Source: Octopus vulgaris
Taxonomy: Eukaryota
DNA length: 64,000 nt
Direction of reading: 5' to 3'
Assembly: GCA_951406725.2 (NCBI GenBank)
Contig: OX597836.1
Coordinates: 15,624,001 to 15,688,000 of the forward strand
Shown here piece after piece: positions 53,804-64,000 of this stretch. The stretch's first letter is position 1, and every line of letters begins with the position of its first letter. Made by a program: the position numbers and the translations under genes. A model generated the notes under the pieces. It searched no databases and was not told the DNA's origin. It was given only the letters and a program-made list of their open reading frames with translations.

Positions 53804-56800
53804 GTGAGTAAAGCAGACTTGACCATTCTTTAATATTCAGTTTGTTTATTTTGTTGTTGGCTTACTTACGTCTGACTATAATTCTGTTGTAAGGTTTTAA
53901 CCACAAATGGTAATACGTGACATGTTGCTATTCTTGTATTTTGGTGAGTTTAATTAATTCAGAGGCTGAATACGTTGTAAAATAACCACATATATTCCAT
54001 ATTGATGTGGACTTCGTATAGGACACAGTTGAAGATGTTTTGTGTATACAGAGAAAATGTTGCTTTCAAATTTTTGGCACAAGGCGAGCAATTTCGGAGG
54101 AGGGACTAAATCGATTTCATCGACCCCAGTGCGTAACTGGTACTTATTTTATCGACTCCGAAAGGATGAAAGGCAAAGTCAACTTCGGCAGAATACACAC
54201 AGAAAATACTGGTTTCAAATTTTGGCACAAGACGAGCAATTTCAGTGAAGGGTCTGAAGTCGACTGCCTCGACTCCAGTGTTCAATTGGTACTTATTTTA
54301 TCGACCCTGAAATAATGAAAGGCAATGTCGACCCACGTGGAATTTGAACTCAGATCATAAAAAGGGACGAAGTGCTGCTAAGCATATTTTGTTCAGCGTG
54401 CTAACCATTCTGCCTGCTCGTCGCCTAATACAAAAAATACAGAAAACGTGGAGAGAGAGGATAACGAAAAATAACTCAGAACAAAACAATAACAATTTGA
54501 CAGAAGCTCTTATTTTCGTCGTGTAATCTACGAGTGAGCAACTATGGAGTCACTCGACCTGCTAAAATGGCCGTCAAATCTCCCATAAATACCACCTTGC
54601 AGTGTTTAGACGGAAAAAGAAACGGAAAGACACATTGGTCAATGTATTTGTAGGTGCGTTAAACCTGAAGAAGAAGAAAAAAGAAACAGTTGAAATACTT
54701 TTGGCTGTAGGCCTATTCGGTCAAGGCTGACCTGGGGCTAAACAATAGACCCCCCCCCCAAAAAAAACAACAACAAAAAAGCCAATTGCATCCTGTGCAA
54801 CAATAACAGAGAGGACGGTCTTTAATTGTGGTATTCCCCTGTTCAATAGAAAATCCAAATATTTTCATATTTTTTATAAACCCATTGCAGAAGTGAAGTT
54901 AACCAACATCACTGATGACACTAATTTGATGTCTTCACTGCTTTACCAACACTTGTTAGTTCTAAGTACGTATTTTCTACTGCTTATAGCTCTAGTTGTG
55001 ATAATAATGGTTTGTAATATTTTGGGGGAGAGCAATATGATCGATACTTTGTTATGGACCCTGGAAAAAGAAAACAAAAACAAAAAATGGTAAAATCACT
55101 CCTGACGAGCCTTGGGTCAACTCAAGTTTTGCAAATGGAATTTGGTAGGTGGAAATTACGTGGAAACCCGTCAAATGGACACATGAAGAAAGAATTGCAA
55201 CCTAAGGTATTTTAAGTTCAGCTCCCTATCATTTGTATGACCCAGTGCTCATCTAATATTAATATTTGCGAAGGAGGAAGGGATAGACTTATTGCATCCT
55301 TAACACATGGAACTGATTTTGTAACTCCGAGATAGATGAATAGCAAAGTCATTCCTTACAGACTTTTCCAGGGTTTGAACTCACAATATTGAGGCACGAA
55401 ACTTGATTGTTTATCTGGCATTGAACCATTTTGTTAGTTTTGTTGTAATTTTCTTCAGCTGAATACATGTCATTGATAAGTTAAAATCACCCAAATACAA
55501 CAACTTTAACACAAAATAACTTCTAAACTACAAAATTAAGAGTAAACCCTGCTCTACATGACACATTCTACCAGTATCCAAAGTTTCAAAGTGTTTAGTT
55601 TTTAAAAAAATTAATTAAAAAAATCTGTGCATGAGATGAAATAAATCCGAATTGGTGATAGCACACCTGTGTACAAACAATATATCACAACATATAAGTA
55701 ATTCATATTATCATATTTAATAATAGATAAGTTACTTACATGTCTGTGAAATGTATGTATTTATATATACATCTACCATGCTGGACCACTGAAATCTACA
55801 AGTTTTTTTCATTCTCTCTCTGTTTATTTTCTCTTATTCCTTTCTGTTGAAGAGCATAGGCTCGAAACAAAAGACTTTTTCATTTCCCCGAGTATCAAAC
55901 TAATACACTTGCTTGTTCATACACCTATCTTCATCCTTTGTTTTTCCATAAATTTCAACTAATATATATAATGGTGGTGCCCCAACATAGCCACATATTG
56001 TGAGCCGAAACTAGTTCAATTCATTTCAGTATATATATATATAAATATATACATAATTCATAAATAAGGGCAAACGAATTAATGGTTAATGGACAATATG
56101 TTCAATTTTTCGGCATATTTGGCATTGAAAATTTTTTCGTTTGCCCTTATTTATGAATTGTTTATGAATTTAACCTTTAAAGGTATTTTTTAATATGCTG
56201 GCCATTGATAAATTTTTTTTTTGAAAAACATTTTATTCTACAGTATATATAAATATATATACATATGTATTATATTTCCTGTTTCTTTGCAGAAAATTGC
56301 ACTTCAATTTAAAGCCACCCTAGAAAACATAACCAATATTTGTACTGAAGGTGATGACTTCCGATGGTATATGAAAGTAAGTAAAACTTTCCCCTCTAGC
56401 TTGAGAGACGAGTGCATTACTGCATCTTAAATTGCATCGTTATCTCTTAAACCATTTATCAATTTACTCTTAGTTTAGTATCATTGGATAAGTGTTCTTG
56501 ACATTAAGAGCAGTAACATCATCATTTAACGTCCACTTTCCATGCTAGCACAATGCGTTGCCCAGTCCAGGAATCGAGACCACAATCTTACGATTATGAG
56601 TCCAACACCCTAACCACTGAGCCATGCGCCTTCACATAAAAACTAGTTTAGATTTCCATTTTCTGCCTGATATAAAGAGCTTCATCTCATTTAGCCCTTT
56701 AGCATTCAGATTACTCTATCAAAATGTAATGCTAATTTATTCACATTAATTAATTTGAATTAATCATGAATTAGCTCATAACTTCAAGAGTTCAATGATG

Positions 56801-59800
56801 TGGTTGTTTCATCATCATCATCATTTAACATCCGCTTTCCATGCTAGCATGGGTTGGACGATTTGACTGAGGACTGGCGAACCAGATGGCTGCACCAGGC
56901 TCCAGTCTTGATCTGGCAGAGTTTCTACAGCTGGATGCCCTCCCTAACACCAATCACTCCGAGACTGTAGTGGGTGCTTTTACGTCCCAGCGGCACGAGG
57001 GCCAGTTTGGTGGTACTGGCAATGGCCACGCTCAAATGGTGTTTTTTACGTGCCACCTGCACAGGAGCCAGTCCAGCGGCACTGGCAATAACCTCGCTTG
57101 AATGTTTTTTCATGTGCCACCAGCACAAGTGCCAGTAAAGCGACGCTGGTAATGATCATGCTCATGCTTTTTACGTGCCACTGGCTCGGAAGCCAGTCTG
57201 CTGCTCTGGCAACAATCACACTCGGATTGTGCCCTTAGCACTCCACTAGCACGGATGCCAGTCATCGAATTTGATTTCAATTTCACTTGCCTCAACAGGT
57301 CTTCAAAGCCCCTAATCTTTGTGGGTCTTGTCAGATTGATTACATTGATAAAGCTGTTGACACCCAGTTTCAACATTTGAAGGTCAGTACCTCCAGACCC
57401 TACCCTTACCCAGCAACACAGTAAAATTAGTACCTGATTTAGAGTTGGTGGGACCTTAAGTGAAGGCATAGTTATGCAGTGTCTCCTACTATAGCTCTGG
57501 GTTGATCAAAACCTGCTATGGTCATTCAAAACCGTCCAAGGGTGGTCGTGCACATCTTTAAATTTCCCCAGTCACCCTGCAAAGCCATTAAAAAATCAAT
57601 AGAAGTGACTTTTTTGTGAATTTTCTATCCAAAACCCAATCAAAATGCCCGAAACTTGATACGCCAATTGAATGCCAGCTAGCTGTATGTGATTGCTCGG
57701 AGATTTAGACAGTACTTGCGTGTATGTGCATGCACTAGCACTATGACCCGGCGTTGCCAGGTCATATTGCTAGTGAAAGAATAAAATAGCAACCACAGCC
57801 GTGTTGTTACACATCACCATTCTCATCGTCATTGCCATTACTCAGTTCCCTTTAATATTTTTCAGGTGAAATGTGCCAATTGTGGGGAGACAACTGATCG
57901 GTTTGTTTATGTGTGTCTGGAGGTAAGTAAACATCTCTTATCTACATGCACACAGATAGGCAAGGTGTGTGTGTGTGTGTGTGAGACTGTATGTGATAAG
58001 AAGCTTGCTTCCCAACCACATGCTTCTGGGTTCAGTCCCACTGCGTGGCACCTCAGGCAAGAGCCTTCTGCTAAAGCTTTGGGCCGACCAAAGTCTTGCG
58101 AATAGATTCGGTAGAAGGAAACCGAAAGAAAGAAGCCTGTAAAGGCGGCAAGCTGGCAGAAACGTTAGCACGTCGGGCGAAATGCTTAGTGGTATTTCGT
58201 CTGCTGTTATGTTCTGAGTTCAAATGCCGCTGAGGTTGACTTTGCCTTTCATCCTTTCGGGGTCGATTAAATAAGCACCAGTTACGCACTGGGGTCGATG
58301 TAATCGACTTAATCCGTTTGTCTGTCCTTGTTTGTCTCCTTGTGGGTAGTAAAGGAATACGTATTTCGTCTGCCGCTACGTTCTGAGTTCAAATTCCGCC
58401 GAGGTCGACTTTGCCTTTCATCCTTTCAGGGTCGATTAAATAAGTACCAGTTACGCACTGGGGTCGATGTAATCGACTTAATCCGTTTGTCTGTCCTTGT
58501 TTGTCCCCTCTATGTTTAGCCCCTTGTGGGTAGTGAAGAAATAAGAACGAACCCTGTTGTGTGTGTGTGTGTCTTTTTGTCTGTGTTTGTCCTGCCACCC
58601 CCGTCACTGCTTGACAACCAGTGCTGGTGTGTTTATGTCCCTGTAGCTTACTGATAGAATAAATACTAGGCTAAACCAAAAAAAACACATACTGGGGTCA
58701 ATTCTTAAGGTGGTGCCCCAGCATAGTTGCAGGGAGTAAAGGATAAAAGGACATGTGTGTTGATTTATTAACGGGTATGAAAATTGTAGCTGTGGTACCA
58801 GTGCCGGTGGCACATAAGAGAATCATCCGAACGTGGCCGTTGCCAGCGCTGCCCGACTGGCTTCCGTGCCGGTGGCACATAAAAGGCACCATCCGATCGT
58901 GGCCGTTTGCCAGCCTCGCCTGGCCTCCGTGTCGGTGGCACGTAAAAAGCACCATCCGATCGTGGCCGTTTGCCAGCCTGGCCTGGCCTCCGTGCCGGTG
59001 GCATGTAAAAAGCACCATCCGATTGTGGCCGTTTGCCAGCCTCGTCTGGCACGTAAAAAGCACCCACTACACTCACGGAGTGGTTGGCGTTAGGAAGGGC
59101 ATCCAGCCATAGAAACACTGCTAGATCAGACTGGGCCTGGTGCAGCCTTCTGGCTTCCCAGATCCCCAGTTGAACCGTCCAACCCATGCTAGCATGGAAA
59201 GCGGACGCTAAACGATGATGATGATGATGATTTATTAATGGGTATGTGTGTATGGGTGTATCAGTATAATTGTGTTTAAGTGTTTGTATTTATGCAGGTG
59301 CACAGGTATGTAGATATAGTTATGAGTGTGTGTGTGTGCGAGTGTAGGTATATTTGTGAGTGTGGGTATATTTGTGACTGTGTGCATGGGTATATATGTG
59401 TGTGTAGGTATATTTGTGAGTGTATGCATGTATATTATGAGCATACGTTATTTACATTTGACGGATGTAGGCGCGGGCATGGCTGTGTGGTTAGGGAGCT
59501 TGCTTCCTAGCTACATGGTTTCGGGTTCAGTCCCGCTGTGTAGTACTTTGGGCAGGTGTCTTCCACTATAGCCCCGAGTCGACCGGAGCTTTGTGATTGA
59601 ATTCGGTAGGTGGAAGTTACTGCCGTGTGTGTATGTGTGCGTGTAGGTGCTCAGTGCCTCTCTGAAAGAGAGAGAGGGATATTTGTCCTCATCCTGTTTT
59701 TTGTTAACACAACGTTCCAAGATGACCGAAAAATGTCAATATTGACAAACGTCCTGGGAGACCTGATATATTTTGTGTGTGTGAGTGTTTGATATGCATT

Positions 59801-62600
59801 CGGAAATGTATTTATCAGTGTGAGTACAGTATAACTGGTTGGTTCACAGGTTTGTTCGGCAATCACCAGGTCAGGAGTTCCGTCTCACTGCATGGCGCAC
59901 TTTATCATGGCCTCATGTTAACTCTGTCCTGTGTGAGTGAAGTGTGCAGATGGAAACTGTGTGGAAGCCTGTCACACAGATTGTACCTGTAATTAGAAGA
60001 CTCAGTGTTGCCACTTATTTTGCTTGAAGATTATGTTAAAGGTATCCATGTCTGTGAAACTGGCGGCGAACTGGCAGAATCGTTAGCACACCGGGCGAAA
60101 TGCTTAGCGGTATTTCGTCTGCCGTTCTGAGTTCAAATCCCGCTGAGGTCGACTTTGCCTTTCATCCTTTTGGGGTCGATTAAATAAGTACCAGTTATGC
60201 ACTAGGGTTGATGTAATCGACTTAATCCGTTTGTCTGTCCTTGTTTGTCCCCCTTGTGGGTAGTAAAGAAATAGTTATCCATGTCTGAGGAATATTCAGC
60301 CACATAGATCTGAATTCAGTGAGCATTTGATTGAAAAACTGAGTACTCAAGGTTGAAATCAACAAAGATGTAGTTGGTGCGTGTGTATATGTTTGTGTGT
60401 GTGAATATATGTATGTGTGTGTGTGTGTTTATACACCTGTGTATATGTGTAGGTGTGTATGTTGATGATTTGTGGGTGAGTGTTTGTCTTTTGAGATGGA
60501 CTGCAGATGTATGTATATTTGTGGGTGTGTATATATATATACATATATATATATATGTGGTGGCGTGTGCTTAGTACTGTAATTTGTGTGTACGTAATAT
60601 ATTTGTATTTCATGTGTGTGTGTGTGTGTGTGCATGTGTAGAACTTATCATATGATGTTTGTACATCATTTCTGTCTTCCTTTCCTCCTCCCTAGGAGAG
60701 TGCACCATTAAAAGGTGGTCGAGGATCAGCCAACCTGGTGTTAAAATGTCACCTGTGTTCCAGGGAAAATTCAATAAGTAAGGAAATGTTTCTCTTGGCA
60801 TTTTGTTTCTAACACCTTGTTGACACACAGCTGATACTTTTGACATTTATTTGACACCTTGTTGTTTTGACACACTAAGAATACTTTGACGTTTTGATAT
60901 CTTGCTGACACACGTTATATTTGACAACTTGCTTACATTGACACTGACTTCATATTTAACATCTTGCTGACGCTTTAACATTTAGTTTGACATCCTGTTG
61001 ACATACAGCTGATACTTTGACGTTATATTTGATATCTTGTTGATATTCAGCTGACATTTTGACGTTATATTTGACTGGGTGAGGAGAAAGGTGTTTTATA
61101 CACAGTTACATATCATCATCATTGTCATATCTTTTATCTTTTACTTGTTTCAGTTATTAGACTGTGGCCATGCTGGAGCACTGCCTCAAATTTTTAGTTG
61201 AATAAATTGACCCCAGTAATTATTTTTTAAGTCTAGTACTCATTCTATTGGTTTTTTTTTTTTGCCGAACTTCTGAGTTATAGGGATGTAAACACACCAG
61301 CACCAGCTGCCAAGGTGGTGGGACAAACAGACACAAAGATACACACACATGACAGGCTTCTTTCAGTTTCTGTCTACCAAATCCACTCACAAGGCTTTGG
61401 TTGGCTTGAGGTTATACTAGAAGACACTTGCCTAAGGTGCCATACAATGGGACTGAAACCAGGACCAGATATGTTCTTGCAGAATAGTGGCAATGAATAA
61501 CATTGCTTAACGGTGACACTTGTTTACAACTATTATGTGATGCCAAACCAAAGAGACAAACACACACATATATACATGTGTTTTTATATATATATATATA
61601 TATACATATACATACGTACGTATGTATGTATGTATGTGTTTATATATATATATATATATATATAACTTCCGGCCTTTCAGCATGTTTACTTCGTAAAAAC
61701 CAGTCGCGTTTTTTCCCTCCGTTCGCCCACCTCGGGATCTTTCTTTCTCTTATGTTTCCGACGAAGAGCTCCGCTCGAAACGTCATACCCTCCTTCTTCC
61801 CTTTTTCCTGAGCACCTAATAATAATACTTTAATTGTTCCACCTCCTTGTGTTGTTGTTTTTTCTGTTTTCCCGTTTGGATTAACCTTATATATATATAC
61901 ATATGTATGTGTTAATATATATATATATATACACATATACATACATACGTATGTATGTGTTTATATGTATATATATATATGTATGTATGTATGTATTATA
62001 TATCATTCTTCTTATACAAGAATGTTGTTGACAGTGACTTCAGTGGCAAAGCTGGCTGAAACTTTGAAGTCACTGTCAACTACATTCTTGTATAAAAATA
62101 ATGAATTTGTATTTCTGTTGAAATACATCCTCTTTATTTCAATTAATTTTGAAAATGATAAAAGATTAAAGTATCTTGGTCATTACCAAAGCTGCTAATT
62201 GGGACATAAATTAACATGAGAGCTTAATGAAGAATTTTATTTAGATCCTCTTAAAATAGGAAGTTTGTATCACAGAAGCCAAGGTGGTCTGGGGGGAGGG
62301 GGCTGGTACCAAAAGGGTTAGGAAATCTGTATTAAAGTTCCACAGGGTGACCTTCCTCTAATGACCATCACCTCATAGCTACAACATTGTGTCCTCATTT
62401 GGCCTGAAATTGTTTCCTCTTTGCTATTCTAGTATTTTTCTGTGTCCACCGTGACAATAAACTGTAGTGTTAATGTTGTTGTTGTTACAGGTATCATCAA
62501 AGAGTCGTTAGGAAAGTACACCATTGATAATGACAACCAGTTTGTTTCCATGGTAACTTTTGAGTGCCGCGGCATTGAACCAGTGGACTACCAGCCCACG
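53798..62600 (+). CDS. CZIB: CXXC motif-containing zinc-binding protein (C1orf123/UPF0587), exons 1-5; 3' end beyond the window
   Basis: Exons 53798-53803, 56293-56376, 57866-57922, 60696-60777 and 62491-62600 splice in frame to MGKIALQFKATLENITNICTEGDDFRWYMKVKCANCGE..LKGGRGSANLVLKCHLCSRENSI..FECRGIEPVDYQP, which closely matches the C1orf123 family and has two CxxC motifs. Confidence 0.95.
56293..56376 (+). CDS. CZIB: CZIB exon 2
   Basis: KIALQFKATLENITN..DFRWYMK; CAG/GTAAGT. Confidence 0.95.
57520..57774 (+). mobile_element. Helitron-like family 3, 5'-truncated copy
   Basis: Reverse complement of about 25067-25340; ends GCTAGT. Confidence 0.7.
57866..57922 (+). CDS. CZIB: CZIB exon 3
   Basis: VKCANCGETTDRFVYVCLE; CAG/GTAAGT. 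Confidence 0.94.
58144..58545 (+). mobile_element. SINE family A, dimeric copy
   Basis: Same two-unit structure as 14217-14632. Confidence 0.8.
60696..60777 (+). CDS. CZIB: CZIB exon 4
   Basis: ESAPLKGGRGSANLVLKCHLCSRENSI; TAG/GTAAGG; not in the ORF track. Confidence 0.94.
60815..61075. repeat. Degenerate ~40-bp minisatellite
   Basis: Repeated TTGACA..CAGCTGATACTTTGACGTTATATTTGA. Confidence 0.7.
62491..62600 (+). CDS. CZIB: CZIB exon 5
   Basis: IIKESLGKY..FECRGIEPVDYQPT; CAG/GTGAGT. Confidence 0.94.
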
Positions 62601-64000
62601 GTGAGTTACAGCTCCATTTTTGTTTCTTCCCCTACCACTCTTATCATCATCATCATCACCGTTTAACGTCCGTTTTCTATGCTAGCATGAGTTGGAAGGT
62701 TCGACCGGGGTCTGGGAAGCCATGGAGGCTGCACCAGGCTCCAGTCTGATCTGGCAGTGTTTCTACAGCTGGATGCCCTTAACGCCAACCACTTCGTTAG
62801 TGTAGTGGGTGCTTTTTACATGCCACCGGCACAGGTGCCAGGGGAGGCTGGCAGCGGCCACGATTGGTTGGTGCTTTTTACGTGTCACCAGCACAGAAGC
62901 CAGTCAAGGCGGCACTGGCATCGGCCACGTTCGGATGGTGCTTTTTACGTGCCAGTGGTACAGGTATCACAACTACAATTTCCATTTGATATTTATTTTG
63001 ATGTTGATGTACTTGACTCAATAGGTCTCCTCATTATTATTATTATTATTATTTAATGTCTGTTTTCCATGCTGGCCAATGAGGGAGCTGTCCAAACTCC
63101 AATTGTCTTTTGTGGCATGGTTTCTATTGCTTGCTGCCCTTCCAAACACCAACCACTTTACAGAATGTGCTGGGTACTTATTACATGCCTCCAGCATGGG
63201 TGCACCTATGCAGCACTGGCATGAGTGCGTTTTATGTGGCACCAGCACCTGTAAAGGATGGGCCTGTATGTATGTATCTTATTTCTTTATTGCCCACAAG
63301 GAGCTAAACAAGGACAGACAGAGGGATTAAGTCGATTACATCAACCCCAGTGCGTAACTGGTACTTATTTAATCGACCCCAAAATGATGAAAGGCAAAGT
63401 CGACCATGGCAGAATTTGAACTCAGAACATAACGGCAGATGAAATACGGCTACGCATTTCGCCTGGCGTGCTGACGGTTCTGCCAGCTCGCCGCCTTTTA
63501 TGTATGTATGGATGGCAGCAGTTTTACTTAGCTTGATGCGTCTTACCAAGTACAGCAAATCACAACTCCCTGTCCTTTGTCATATCCTCAGTGAGGTCCG
63601 GTGTCCGAAGATCCTTTCTCACCACTTTGTCCCATGTCTTCCTGGGTCAGTGTGAATGGTGGTCAGTAAAACATTCTGATCTGATTGGTCTGTACCCTTC
63701 TGTTATTTCCACCCATACCTACCGTCTCACTGCAATCCATCATGCTCTCGGTCCCCTTCTCTCTCTTCTACTCACCTTCATTTGGCTCTGTTGCCTTGAC
63801 ACAGAGACACGGTTGAGTAGGAATGACGCTTTAACCGTCCAGGGCACAAGACAACTTCATCATCATGGTCTTAATGTCCACTTTTCCATCTTTGCATGGC
63901 TCGGAAGGAATTTCTTGAGGCAGATTTTCTATGATTGGATATCCTTTCTTTTGCCAACTCTCACCTGTTTCCAGGTAAGGCGATGTTTTCACTGATCAGA

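Overview
AT-rich, microsatellite- and repeat-dense eukaryotic DNA. The repeat families look like those of an octopus or other coleoid cephalopod (my inference, not proven). Three spliced protein genes lie on the + strand, reconstructed by hand from GT-AG junctions and reading-frame phase. (1) The last two coding exons of WASHC1/WASH1 (682-2575). (2) A complete 20-exon single-pass receptor guanylyl cyclase of the NPR/Gyc76C type (21493-50215, 1221 aa if the first ATG is used). (3) The first five coding exons of CZIB/C1orf123 (53798-62600, continuing beyond the window). Introns and intergenic DNA hold tRNA-derived SINEs, RTE and CR1-like LINE 3' ends, mariner remnants, TTAA- and hAT-type MITEs, non-autonomous Helitrons and simple repeats. 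The most unusual object is a ~590-bp insertion in intron 2 of the cyclase, bounded by a 15-bp target-site duplication. It is a near-perfect palindrome of two head-to-head units, each with a tRNA-like Pol III promoter and a minimal Penelope-type hammerhead ribozyme motif. Four further hammerhead-like motifs occur elsewhere in the window. Most short ORFs in the track are repeat artefacts.
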